Virus record (IMG/VR): IMGVR_UViG_3300025403_000028
Location: 1 to 33,585 of that record
DNA: 33,585 nucleotides
Strand: one strand, 5' to 3'
From: a virus
Taxonomy: Duplodnaviria > Caudoviricetes
Part shown: in pieces, positions 18,449 through 27,579 of the stretch
Numbering within the stretch: the first letter of the stretch is position 1
Layout: each line of letters starts with the position of its first letter
The notes under the pieces: model-generated
The model's input: the letters and a program-made list of their open reading frames with translations, nothing else
Told to the model about the DNA's origin: nothing
The model's database searches: none
Made by a program: the position numbers and the translations under genes

Positions 18449-19388
18449 TTTGTTTCTCCAATTTTTGTTGTTCAAGATAATATTTCTTCGGATCAAGATT
18501 AAACTTTTTCACTAACGCGGCTTGCGTAGGTGTTAGCTGAACCTTTTTGACACCCGATGAACGAGTAGCAGGAGCAACAACATTTGAAGGACGTTTAGCG
18601 GTTTGAGCCGTAGATTTTGATTCTGGTTCACCAAATACTTCTGGGAACTTTGAATGGATGCGTGAATCTATTTCTTGATAGTATTCATCGGAACGCGGGT
18701 CAATGCCCGTATTGACTAGCTTTTGGTGCAGTCCTAGTGCATAACTGGTAACTTCTTCAAACCCATTAGAACCAAACCACTGGTTTTTTGCCTGCCAGCG
18801 CAGGGATTTTTCGTCAGGTCTAACTTGTTGAGTCTGTCTAGGTTGAGTTTGTACCTCATTGTCTTCATTTTGTAAAGGGGTATGACGGTAATTCTTAACC
18901 TGTTCAAAGCGCATTTTGGCTTCTGTCAATGCTTCTTGAGCCGCAATAATGGCATCAGTATCATAGGCTTCTTGTGCTTCCTTATACTGTTTACGAGCCA
19001 AAACCAGGTCAGCTTCGGCCTTTTGTTTGGCAGATGAAACAATCATCTCCTGGCCAGCATTAACGTTGTTTTTTAGAGTCTTGTTTTCTTCAATCAAGCG
19101 CTGAGTAAGCCTTTCCAACTCTTGTCTTTCGCGCTCAATAGACTCTGCTTTCCTACGCTCATCGTGTCTAGCGTGCGTCAATTCCTTGATGCGGGACTGA
19201 ACATTTTGAGAGTAACTTGCTATTTCATCTTCTGTAGGGTCTGCAACTTCCTTGTTTAAAGGTTGTCTGCCCCTGTCTTTTTCGGGTGTGTCATCCACGA
19301 TTTCAATTTCAAACTCATCACCGTCCGCTTCAATCTCAACGTCCGTTTTGTTTTCAATCTCATCGGGAAATTTGTATGTGTCGTTCAT
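18441..19388 (-). CDS. capsid scaffolding protein
   Basis: acidic N-terminus, long coiled coil, W..KN.WFG; lies between portal and MCP. Confidence 0.7.
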   Translation of the reverse strand: MNDTYKFPDEIENKTDVEIEADGDEFEIEIVDDTPEKDRGRQPLNKEVADPTEDEIASYSQNVQSRIKELTHARHDERRKAESIERERQELERLTQRLIEENKTLKNNVNAGQEMIVSSAKQKAEADLVLARKQYKEAQEAYDTDAIIAAQEALTEAKMRFEQVKNYRHTPLQNEDNEVQTQPRQTQQVRPDEKSLRWQAKNQWFGSNGFEEVTSYALGLHQKLVNTGIDPRSDEYYQEIDSRIHSKFPEVFGEPESKSTAQTAKRPSNVVAPATRSSGVKKVQLTPTQAALVKKFNLDPKKYYLEQQKLEKQNG

Positions 19389-19397
19389 ATATTTCCT

Positions 19398-19835
19398 TTA
19401 CATAGCACGGGTAATACCTCGTGGGTCTTGCACAACTGCATCTACTTGATCTTCATTAATGAGCCTGAACTCTTTGCCAAAGATCATGAAACGCGTACCA
19501 GAATAAGTCCGAGTCAAAATAAAATCACCAGGCTTGCACCAGGGTCCATTTGGGTATCTTTCTTTATCTTGGTATGCGTCAGGTCCTACTTTCAACACAA
19601 ACAAAACGGTTGTGGCGCTCTGTTCTTGCTGTGCGAAATGGGAAGGTCTAACCAAATCAAGCTCAGTTCCATCTAACTTATCGGATACCTGGGGTACTCC
19701 GCAAAGTATTTTGTAACCCGCTGGATCTGGAAGCGCTGTAGCCTTTTGCTCGTTTGTTGCATCCTCTATTGGGCTCTCAATAGGTTGGATGGGTTCAGGC
19801 ATTTGCACGCCTGGTGGAAGAATTAAATCACTCAT
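19398..19835 (-). CDS. GroES-like co-chaperonin
   Basis: VLKVGPDAY...WCKPGDFIL...YSGTRF...GKEFRLINEDQVDAVV matches the Cpn10 pattern. Confidence 0.8.
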   Translation of the reverse strand: MSDLILPPGVQMPEPIQPIESPIEDATNEQKATALPDPAGYKILCGVPQVSDKLDGTELDLVRPSHFAQQEQSATTVLFVLKVGPDAYQDKERYPNGPWCKPGDFILTRTYSGTRFMIFGKEFRLINEDQVDAVVQDPRGITRAM

Positions 19836-20019
19836 CTTTGTCTACCTTTTCCGCAAGATCAATAACATAACGCTCTGCAATGGCTAGACCTTGGATCACC
19901 CCACAGAGTTTTTGGTACTCGTCAAAATTTTTGCATACTCCCGCCGCGAGATCATCAGCGTAGTTGTTCATGTCTTTGCGTATGTATTCGCGCAATACGC
20001 GTGCGAAGTCTTGTATCAT
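19828..20019 (-). CDS. small helical protein downstream of portal
   Basis: Y..LCG.IQGL motif. Confidence 0.65.
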   Translation of the reverse strand: MIQDFARVLREYIRKDMNNYADDLAAGVCKNFDEYQKLCGVIQGLAIAERYVIDLAEKVDKDE

Positions 20020-22697
20020 TATTTAGATTTCTCCTTTGGTTTTTCGGCGGCTTGCTTGGCTTGCCGTGCTTGTTGCTCCATCCTAAGATTCTCTTGCTGT
20101 CTGTCAAGATGATCTTTTTGAATGGTATGCAATCTGTCTGCGGAGTTTTCTCCGTGTTCAAGAGCTGTCTTCCTAGCGTCCATGCGCTTGTCTTCCATCT
20201 CTCTGCCATGCTCTAAAGCGGCCTGGCGAGCCGTAAGTTCTTGTTGAGATTTTGTCTTCGCAATATCAACCCCAACTTGCGTTCCAGTACGCATCTCTTG
20301 AGATTTGATATTTTCTTTTTGATGCTGTATATCTGCACCAATTTTCATAGCGCCCAACTGTAAAGTACCAGAAACTTTTTCCTTCTCAAGCGCCAAACGT
20401 GCCGCCTCAAGTGTGGAATCTGTCTGCAACTTAGACTGTGCCAACTGCATATCTTGTTGCATCTTTTGCTGTTTGATTGCAACTTCTTGCTGTCTAATCT
20501 GCAACTCTTGTTGCTGTAACTGTATAAGCGGGTCTTGTGCTTGCTGTTGCGCTTGTTGCTGAGCCGCCGCCGCCTGGTGTTGCTGTAATACTTGTTGCGC
20601 CGCTTTTGCCATCATGTCTGACATAGCGTACTCAATCTTAGGATCAAGCTTCTCCTCTTCTTTAGGCATTGCCATACCCAACTGTTGCTCTACTTGTTGT
20701 CTATACATATATCCAACGTGTTCGGCAATATGCGCCTGTAGTGCCGCTTGTATCTGCTGAGCCTGCGGATTCTGCCCTATAGATGCCGCAACCATCGGGT
20801 CTTGCAATAACCCTTGGTGCATCTGGATGTGCGCTTGGTGGTTCTGATACTGAAATGCCTTTAGCGGTTTGCCTTTAAGCGCCGCTTGGTTTTCAGATAC
20901 AGGGTCCGTAGGTTTCTGATCGTCTGGCAAAGGAACGAGTTTTTCTGCATTTTTAATCCCCAAAACATCAAGCATTGAACGATGTAGCTGTGGCAGATCA
21001 TAAATCTGTGGAGCCATTTGTGCCATTTGTATAACGGCTTGGTACTGCACCACGCGTTGAGACATGGTAGCGGCATTAGGATCACTAACAGGAATAATAT
21101 CAACTAAATCATAATCAGCCTTCTTAGACTTGCGTCCCCCATATTCAGGATCATATGTATAGTCTTCGTCTGTATAGTCTCGAATTAAATTCTTTATTAA
21201 CTTAAGCTCTTGCTTTAAACTAAAATGTGTTCTAGCCTGCACCGCCGTTAACACTTTTAACTGGCGCTCTAATAATGCCAGCGTAGTTCCAACAGGAGCT
21301 TGGGCAGACATATCGCTAATCTGCATATCAGCAGTAGCGGCAAACCTCCTGCCCTCCTCAACAATCGTACCTAACAATCCAGCCAATACCGCACTCGGCT
21401 CCTTATAAGGCAACGGAAGAATACTATCCCTAATGTTTCCAGATGCTAAATCTACATCTCTGAACTCTCCTGGCCTAATGGGTGTATCATCACCTTTAAT
21501 CCGAAGTCCTCTGGACTTAAGACCTCCAGGCAAGTTAGATAAAGTTCCCGCGTCCACCAGTTGACGCATAATGCTTGTCGCCGACTTTGCATATCCCCCA
21601 ATGAGGTGGAAGAGTCCAAATCCGTAAGCTCCAAATCCTGGGATGTATTGGTAGTGTACGAAATGCTGGCGCTTAAGTTTAAGATCATCGCCCTCCTTCC
21701 AGTTCCTCCGAATCGACAATACTTCATTTGTACCCTTTATGAAAGTAACAACATAGGGAAGCATAATCCCTGTCGGTCCATCATCGTCCTCATCCTCAAA
21801 CCCCTCTAGGTCTAAGTCAACGTGACACTCATACAGAGTATATCTTTCATCGCTTAAATCATTAAACCCAGTCTCTTTATCTTTCCCCTTTTGTATCTCA
21901 CTCTTATCATTCTGTGGATCAGGCAAATCTATATCTAAATAAAATCCAGCGCGTTGTAATTTAACAATATCATTTTTTGTCTTACGCATCACATGGGTAA
22001 CGCGGTACGCCGTATCCATATCCGTTGTCCCATACGGCAAAATAATATCTTCTGCTGGAACAAACATAGACACAGGTCTACCCAATCCTGGATCGTAATA
22101 AGTCTTCTTAAATGTAGAACCCACCGCGGGCAAAGAGAACAACATCCTCTCATGCTCTGGTCTAAACTCCTTCATCTCCTCAGTCAATTCAAAGTTCATA
22201 TCATCTTGAACATTGATCGCCTTTTCTCTTATCTCAGGAGTCTCTTTACCAATAATCTTACTCAGCACAGGCCCAGCGGTCGGGAATGTCTCCGTTACCA
22301 TCTCCGCTTGGAACCTAACAATCGCCTCAGTAATCAATGGATGAAACACCCCGCACGCGCCGTCCCAAGGTTCAGTCCTATCTTCTATATGAAGACCCAA
22401 TAACTTCAACCCCTCAGAGTACGCTTTCTCCCAATCCTTCCTAGAACCAATATCTTGTGTAATATCAAAATCTAACTCTGATGCTAAAGACGATACCGCA
22501 CCTGGATGCATTTCTTCAGCAAGGTTCGCATTAAAGTCTTCGCCGCTTTCCTCCCCCTCCTCCAGCGTTATCTCCATTCCATCCATCTTAATACCAACAG
22601 ATTCTGGATCAACAATCTCTATCTCTAATGGCTCCTCATCTTGAGCTAAACTCTCAATACCCTGGGGCGCTTGATATAAACTTTTATCAATACTCAT
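20019..22697 (-). CDS. portal protein (P22-like, long C-terminal coiled coil)
   Basis: 892 aa after TerL; HPLITEAIVRFQA, GFGLFHLIG, RQLVDAGTLSNLPGG; Gln-rich barrel. Confidence 0.85.
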   Translation of the reverse strand: MSIDKSLYQAPQGIESLAQDEEPLEIEIVDPESVGIKMDGMEITLEEGEESGEDFNANLAEEMHPGAVSSLASELDFDITQDIGSRKDWEKAYSEGLKLLGLHIEDRTEPWDGACGVFHPLITEAIVRFQAEMVTETFPTAGPVLSKIIGKETPEIREKAINVQDDMNFELTEEMKEFRPEHERMLFSLPAVGSTFKKTYYDPGLGRPVSMFVPAEDIILPYGTTDMDTAYRVTHVMRKTKNDIVKLQRAGFYLDIDLPDPQNDKSEIQKGKDKETGFNDLSDERYTLYECHVDLDLEGFEDEDDDGPTGIMLPYVVTFIKGTNEVLSIRRNWKEGDDLKLKRQHFVHYQYIPGFGAYGFGLFHLIGGYAKSATSIMRQLVDAGTLSNLPGGLKSRGLRIKGDDTPIRPGEFRDVDLASGNIRDSILPLPYKEPSAVLAGLLGTIVEEGRRFAATADMQISDMSAQAPVGTTLALLERQLKVLTAVQARTHFSLKQELKLIKNLIRDYTDEDYTYDPEYGGRKSKKADYDLVDIIPVSDPNAATMSQRVVQYQAVIQMAQMAPQIYDLPQLHRSMLDVLGIKNAEKLVPLPDDQKPTDPVSENQAALKGKPLKAFQYQNHQAHIQMHQGLLQDPMVAASIGQNPQAQQIQAALQAHIAEHVGYMYRQQVEQQLGMAMPKEEEKLDPKIEYAMSDMMAKAAQQVLQQHQAAAAQQQAQQQAQDPLIQLQQQELQIRQQEVAIKQQKMQQDMQLAQSKLQTDSTLEAARLALEKEKVSGTLQLGAMKIGADIQHQKENIKSQEMRTGTQVGVDIAKTKSQQELTARQAALEHGREMEDKRMDARKTALEHGENSADRLHTIQKDHLDRQQENLRMEQQARQAKQAAEKPKEKSK

Positions 22698-23358
22698 TAT
22701 TTATCCTTTTAGCTGTTTTGCCTTCTAATTTATAACTGTCTATTTGCTCAAAATTTACTTCTGGCATAGCCAATCTCATTCGAATTCTGTGGAGATAATA
22801 AGATTTTTTTACATACCTATAACTGTTAGTATCAAAATCAAACTGGGCATTTTCTGGTATTTTCAAATCATCTTTACTTACATTGTTATAAGCTTTATCT
22901 TCCAATTCCTCGGCGGTTAAATATGTATCTCCCCATTCACGAATATAGTCAGACTTAAATTGTGGTTTAACTCTCCACACAATTTGCTTTCTATCCCCCT
23001 CGTCCAACTCTTTAAGCCCTTCGTAGAAATGTTTTGCCAACATTGATTCGGCTTCTTTAGCTGTATATCCTTCGACCGCATAAGCCAAAGTGTCATATGA
23101 AATTCTAATTATTTGCGCATCTCCAGCGGGATCCAAAACTTTCATAGAAGCGTCTGTGAAAAACTTATTGGCATCATGCCTTGGCAAGTCCATGAATGCT
23201 GATGGTTCACCCATAACACAATAAAATTTTGACTCCATCCATTCGGTCAAACTTTTTGCGCAAGTAGGGCCACTCCATCCAGTTCCAGAATGCACAACTG
23301 GCACAGCCAGCGTAATTGCGCCCGCACCAATTGATTGTAAAAAAATTCTACGTTTCAT
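22687..23358 (-). CDS. hypothetical protein with twin-arginine-like signal peptide
   Basis: MKRRIFLQSIGAGAITLAVP; SD AAGGA. Confidence 0.6.
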   Translation of the reverse strand: MKRRIFLQSIGAGAITLAVPVVHSGTGWSGPTCAKSLTEWMESKFYCVMGEPSAFMDLPRHDANKFFTDASMKVLDPAGDAQIIRISYDTLAYAVEGYTAKEAESMLAKHFYEGLKELDEGDRKQIVWRVKPQFKSDYIREWGDTYLTAEELEDKAYNNVSKDDLKIPENAQFDFDTNSYRYVKKSYYLHRIRMRLAMPEVNFEQIDSYKLEGKTAKRINNEY

Positions 23359-23366
23359 ATTTATCC

Positions 23367-24866
23367 TTAGTAATAAGCGGCAGACCTGCGCCGTCTATAT
23401 ATTGGTTCATCTGGTTCATCACTACCCAAAGATATAAACCCTCCCTTTCTGAATCGAATCAATGCCTGCGTAGTCGAGTCTACCAAGTCATCGTGATCAG
23501 AATTAGGGAACGCCGCCATCTCTTCAATTAACTCATCAGCCCATCTTGTTGCAGGAGCCCATACCTTACCGCTCGCAAACAAATCAGACACAGAGTTAAT
23601 CCTCACCATCTTATCATTTCCCCTGCTCGGCGTAAACTCTTGTACAGGTATTCCCATAGCCCTCAACTCAAATATCAACGGCGCACCACTTGCCTTCGCC
23701 TCAACAATAAAAGAGTCTGGTTCCCAGTTCCTATATTCTCGCATAGCAATCTCCTTTAACTCAGGAAATTCCATCCTCCTCTTAAACGCATCAAGCAAAA
23801 TAATATTGGGATCGCGCGCATTCTCATTTAAATAAAATATCCCCCATGTCGTACACGCAGAATAGTCACTCCTCTCACTCTTCGTAAACGCCGTATCCCA
23901 ACTCTGAATAATATACTCGCACGGTGGTATATCTTCCCCTTCCCATATCCTCCACCAATCCCTCTTAACAATCGCCCCCTCCTCACTGGTCGGGCTTTGC
24001 ATATACTGCGCATTCCACTTACTCGCAGGCAATTCAGACTTCAACGCCTCCAGCTCTGGCAAACTCCAAAACTCTGGCCAAAGCGGTTTTCCACTCGGCA
24101 TAATCGCAGGCAACTGTATAACGTCCCACTTCTCTCCGTCCCGATCAATCATCGACTGCACAATCTTGCCCGTCAAATCTTTCTTCGCCCACCTCGTCAT
24201 CACCACAACAATAGACCCACCAGGCTGAAGACGTTGTCTCGGTCCAGATGTATACCACTCATACACCTTATCAAACACTGTTGGGTCACCCTGCGCCAAC
24301 GCCGCTTCTTGCTCACTATGCGGATCATCAATAATAAGTAAGTCCGCACCCTTACCCGTCACCGTACCTCCAACACCTATCGCAAAGTATTCGCCATTCT
24401 TATTCGTACTCCACCGCCCCGCCGCCTTAGAGTCAGACCGCAAATTAACAAAAGGAAATATCCTATGGTACTGCTCACTCGCAACTAAGTTCCTTACCTT
24501 CCTACCAAACCCCACCGCCAACTCAGCCGTGTTAGATGTTTGGATAATCTTTTTTCCAGGAAACTTCCCCAAATACCACGCAGGCAAAAGATAACTCGCA
24601 AACTCACTCTTGGTATGCCGAGGCGGCATATTAATAATCAACCGCTTTATCTCCCCCCTGGCTATCTGTTCAAACTTCTCAGCCATTAACTCATGATGCC
24701 GACCGTGTATAAACCCAGGCCACATCTCATTAACAAACATCATAAAGTCATCTGCCGCCCGCTCAACCGTCAGACTCTTTTTATAAACCTCAAACATCTG
24801 AAACATCTCATCAGCCATATCATCTGGCATCTTAGAGATAGCATCAATAATATCTTGATCCCTCAT
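23367..24866 (-). CDS. terL: terminase large subunit
   Basis: Walker A-like MPPRHTKS, Walker B LLIIDDP, VVMTRW, nuclease QSWDTA and HDDLVD. Confidence 0.92.
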   Translation of the reverse strand: MRDQDIIDAISKMPDDMADEMFQMFEVYKKSLTVERAADDFMMFVNEMWPGFIHGRHHELMAEKFEQIARGEIKRLIINMPPRHTKSEFASYLLPAWYLGKFPGKKIIQTSNTAELAVGFGRKVRNLVASEQYHRIFPFVNLRSDSKAAGRWSTNKNGEYFAIGVGGTVTGKGADLLIIDDPHSEQEAALAQGDPTVFDKVYEWYTSGPRQRLQPGGSIVVVMTRWAKKDLTGKIVQSMIDRDGEKWDVIQLPAIMPSGKPLWPEFWSLPELEALKSELPASKWNAQYMQSPTSEEGAIVKRDWWRIWEGEDIPPCEYIIQSWDTAFTKSERSDYSACTTWGIFYLNENARDPNIILLDAFKRRMEFPELKEIAMREYRNWEPDSFIVEAKASGAPLIFELRAMGIPVQEFTPSRGNDKMVRINSVSDLFASGKVWAPATRWADELIEEMAAFPNSDHDDLVDSTTQALIRFRKGGFISLGSDEPDEPIYRRRRSAAYY

Positions 24867-25174
24867 TCAATACTCCTAAAGTTAATATAAGCAGGCCGAA
24901 CACTCCTATCCTTCCCAGGCAATTTCTTTAACGCCCCCAACTCACAAAGATTCTTAATAACCCTAGATACATTCCCCCGCCCCTTATCCCCACTATTCCT
25001 CATAATGTCATCTATAGTCGGCCCATACCCAAACTCCTTCCACCACTCATCAACCACTATAAATATATTCCTCTCCTTCGGCGTCATCTCCATCTCCATA
25101 CACTGCTCATAACTCTTACCCACTATCCTCATCCTATCCAACATACTTTTGCTGTATTCGTATTTTTTCTTCAT
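24863..25174 (-). CDS. LexA-type winged-HTH DNA-binding protein (no peptidase domain)
   Basis: MTPKERNIF...FGYGPTIDDIM...GNVSRVIKNLCELGALKKLPGKDRSVR parallels the LexA N-terminal domain. Confidence 0.7.
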   Translation of the reverse strand: MKKKYEYSKSMLDRMRIVGKSYEQCMEMEMTPKERNIFIVVDEWWKEFGYGPTIDDIMRNSGDKGRGNVSRVIKNLCELGALKKLPGKDRSVRPAYINFRSIE

Positions 25175-25198
25175 ATAAATCAACCACTTACGATAGGG

Positions 25199-25214
25199 GT
25201 GCAACAAGTTGCAC
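25199..25214. repeat. 16-bp palindrome copy 4
   Basis: GTGCAACAAGTTGCAC, about 25 bp upstream of the LexA-like gene. Confidence 0.9.
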
Positions 25215-25325
25215 TTGTTTTTTTAAAAAATATACCCCCCCCACCTTTTTATTTTGAGCTTGGGAAAAACAATTTCTCATATCAATTACTTTTTTTGCGG
25301 AATCGTTTGTATGGAATAGTATGCG

Positions 25326-26024
25326 TTAGGAAGTCCCACGCGGGCCTGCGAGCGCGCGGGGTGCGGGTGCGGTGGGGTCTGCGAGTGCGGGATTTGCGTC
25401 TGCGCTTTGTGCGTGCGTGTCTGCGAGTGCGTGCGTGTCTGTTGCGTCTGTGTTATCTATCTCGTCTTGGAGACTTCGTGCGCCAGTTCGAGACGGCTTG
25501 GCCTCTACGTCTATTACTTCTTTGATACGTTCTATCAGTTGAGCCTTGATGTCCTCAGACTTCTTGTTGATGACGGTCGTTTCCTTTAGCTCAACGAATG
25601 CGCCCACTTCATATAGCTTACCTATGAGTTCCAATGCTTTCATCCTTTGTGCAGGTGGAAACTCAGTATCGAGTGAGTGTTGCACCAACTGTTGTACGAG
25701 CAATGCCTTTAGTTGAGCAGGTTCTCGCTGTTTTTCTGCTTCCATTGCTAGCTTGTAGGCTTCGACCTCTCGTTGGATTCTTGCATCTCTCATCATTACA
25801 TATGGATTACTATTGAGTGAATGCTCACTGGTGACGTTGTATGTCTCTTTGTAGGATTGTCTTTTACTCATAGTGCCTAGTGCTACTTTGCGGGCGAATT
25901 CTCTTTGTTTGTTGGTAAGCGGTTGTTTTGTCCCTAGGATTGTCTCTATTGGTGTCTTGTCTAGCGTCTCTTTTATCTGCGCCCTTGTCATTCTCTTGAC
26001 GGTCTTCTTGTTCTCTGCGGTCAT
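25326..26024 (-). CDS. terS: terminase small subunit
   Basis: start MTAENKK at 26024 with SD GAGGAG; LTNKQREFA...Y...; RMKALELIGK; upstream of terL. Confidence 0.7.
   Translation of the reverse strand: MTAENKKTVKRMTRAQIKETLDKTPIETILGTKQPLTNKQREFARKVALGTMSKRQSYKETYNVTSEHSLNSNPYVMMRDARIQREVEAYKLAMEAEKQREPAQLKALLVQQLVQHSLDTEFPPAQRMKALELIGKLYEVGAFVELKETTVINKKSEDIKAQLIERIKEVIDVEAKPSRTGARSLQDEIDNTDATDTHALADTHAQSADANPALADPTAPAPRALAGPRGTS
25330..25452. repeat. GC-rich degenerate repeats in the terS 3' end
   Basis: recurrent GTGCG, TGCGAGTGCG and GTCTGCG units. Confidence 0.55.
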
Positions 26025-26034
26025 GTCGTCTCCT

Positions 26035-26050
26035 CTGCAACTTGTTGCAC
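26035..26050. repeat. 16-bp palindrome copy 5 (1 mismatch)
   Basis: CTGCAACTTGTTGCAC, abutting the terS SD. Confidence 0.85.
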
Positions 26051-26099
26051 CAGTTCGTGAGTATATATCAATAACCATTATAAACAGGATGTACACACC

Positions 26100-26224
26100 T
26101 TATCAACAGGGCGGGATAACTCAAATAGTTATACACATTGATACTTTAGATGTACAAAAACTGTAACCGATTAGTTTACATAGGGTTTTCATATGTGGAT
26201 AACCATACCCGAAAATGTGGACAA
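26100..26224. promoter_or_regulatory. DnaA-box cluster
   Basis: TTATCAACA 26100-26108, TTATACACA 26129-26137, TGTGGATAA 26194-26202, TGTGGACAA 26216-26224. Confidence 0.6.
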
Positions 26225-26303
26225 CTCTGACTTGGCACGATTCTTCCACGTATAGATAGAGAAGCCGTTAAATTTAATAAACATACACACAGGGAGTAAA
26301 CAG

Positions 26304-26519
26304 ATGTTCAAATTATTTGCTGATAAGTACACAGGGAAAAAATACTTAGTGCCGACAAACTATACCCGCACGACCGTATACCAATATCCTGCAGGTTGCA
26401 AAGTTTGGGAGATAGATGGATCTTCGGATTGTTCCAAGAATGATATTGGGTTTGTTTGCTTCAAGACACGTTCCAACCTAAACGCTTGGGTGCAGATGAT
26501 GGGCTTCAATCAAGTTTAA
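26304..26519 (+). CDS. early hypothetical protein
   Basis: SD GGGAG; first gene of the plus-strand island. Confidence 0.65.
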   Translation: MFKLFADKYTGKKYLVPTNYTRTTVYQYPAGCKVWEIDGSSDCSKNDIGFVCFKTRSNLNAWVQMMGFNQV

Positions 26520-26565
26520 CTGATGAGCCTTTAGTAGGCGAAACGGTCGAAAGGCCGTCTTAAAC
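26514..26565 (+). ncRNA. type I hammerhead ribozyme 1
   Basis: GUUUAA-CUGAUGA-GCCU/uuagu/AGGC-GAA-ACGGUC/gaaa/GGCCGU-C^UUAAAC; predicted cleavage after 26559. Confidence 0.92.
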
Positions 26566-26581
26566 AAATAAGGAGAATTAA

Positions 26582-26812
26582 ATGATGTTAGCAATAAATA
26601 TGACTGAGCCTGATTTCATTCGGTTTATGCGGGCTTATGCAATGGAACATTACGACAAAGGCGGTTGGGACGAAGTTTGTGAAGCATGGGACGATGGCGA
26701 CATTCTTGAATACTACATTGAGGGCAACCCCACAAAGGCATTCAAAGAACTATCCAAGACGGTCAAATTGCGGTTCGAATACGCACAGGAGATTCGTAGC
26801 ACCGCATTCTGA
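26582..26812 (+). CDS. early hypothetical protein
   Basis: SD AAGGAG; Y.KGGWD.V.E.WDDGDI. Confidence 0.7.
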   Translation: MMLAINMTEPDFIRFMRAYAMEHYDKGGWDEVCEAWDDGDILEYYIEGNPTKAFKELSKTVKLRFEYAQEIRSTAF

Positions 26813-26862
26813 GCATAACTGATGAGACTTCAATAGTCGAAACCCCGAAAGGGGTCTTATGC
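26813..26862 (+). ncRNA. type I hammerhead ribozyme 2
   Basis: GCAUAA-CUGAUGA-GACU/ucaau/AGUC-GAA-ACCCC/gaaa/GGGGU-C^UUAUGC; predicted cleavage after 26856. Confidence 0.92.
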
Positions 26863-26879
26863 AACTACAAGGAATACAA

Positions 26880-27086
26880 ATGATATTAAAAGCAAAATTT
26901 AAATTGAGTGTTGATGACATGAGATTAAAAATTAGTGGATTCAGGTTCAAAGAGTTTATTGTTAGTAAAACAATCGAAGATAAAAAGTGCATTGTGATTG
27001 GTGAGCAGTTGGACATCATGCACTTGATCGGTCATTTGGCAGTAGATCAAATGAGTATTTTGGAAGCAGTCACTGAAGTTCTTTAA
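26880..27086 (+). CDS. early hypothetical protein
   Basis: true start likely ATG 26880 after SD AAGGA. Confidence 0.65.
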   Translation: MILKAKFKLSVDDMRLKISGFRFKEFIVSKTIEDKKCIVIGEQLDIMHLIGHLAVDQMSILEAVTEVL

Positions 27087-27100
27087 TAAAGGAAATACAA

Positions 27101-27244
27101 ATGTTAACAACAGTTTTACAAGACCCATTACAGATCAAGGCCTACATAAAAGCATTTGGACTGAGATATACATTTTGGTATCTCAATGAGATGTGTAACT
27201 GCTCAATTGGACGCACGGTCTATTTACTTGTCTTATCAATATAG
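27101..27244 (+). CDS. 47-aa hypothetical protein (not in ORF track)
   Basis: AAAGGAAATACAAATG leader; MLTTVLQDPLQIKAYIKAFGLRY... Confidence 0.6.
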   Translation: MLTTVLQDPLQIKAYIKAFGLRYTFWYLNEMCNCSIGRTVYLLVLSI

Positions 27245-27253
27245 GAGATCACC

Positions 27254-27433
27254 ATGCTACACGACAGAGACTACTACTTGCTTTGCGCACAAAACATGGA
27301 AAAGAGCGGTGGCGGTTTTGCATACGCAATTGCACAAGCCTTTTACAAAGCTGATGCCAAAAACGCTATAAAAATTGTTGTGGCCTTTTCAGATTTATTT
27401 GAAAAGTTTGCACCAAAGGAGAATGAGCAATGA
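27254..27433 (+). CDS. 59-aa hypothetical protein (not in ORF track)
   Basis: SD AGGAG; MLHDRDYY...GGGFAYAIAQAFYKADAKN...AFSDLFEKF. Confidence 0.7.
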   Translation: MLHDRDYYLLCAQNMEKSGGGFAYAIAQAFYKADAKNAIKIVVAFSDLFEKFAPKENEQ

Positions 27434-27579
27434 TGTGGCTAGTCAAAATCATTCAAGTCGAAACAGTGTTAAGCGAGGAGCGTTTCAACACTTTCGAGGG
27501 AGCGCAGTATTGGGCAAAGCAATACTTGAGGACTAACAAACTCAAAGACTGCGACATATCCATCAAACTATCTAACTGA
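27430..27579 (+). CDS. 49-aa hypothetical protein (not in ORF track)
   Basis: ATGA overlap with the previous gene; stop TGA lies inside the hammerhead 3 core. Confidence 0.55.
   Translation: MMWLVKIIQVETVLSEERFNTFEGAQYWAKQYLRTNKLKDCDISIKLSN

Noticed and set aside
2383-25816. Many plus-strand ORFs of 60-140 aa over the structural arm
   Set aside because: Antisense shadows of well-supported minus-strand genes, with no RBS or recognisable motifs
26233-26247. Sigma54-like promoter TGGCACGATTCTTCC
   Set aside because: The -24 element is perfect but the essential -12 GC is CC, so it is not called
27186-27371. 61-aa plus-strand ORF from the track
   Set aside because: Better explained by two other-frame ORFs with clear SD sequences (27101-27244 and 27254-27433)
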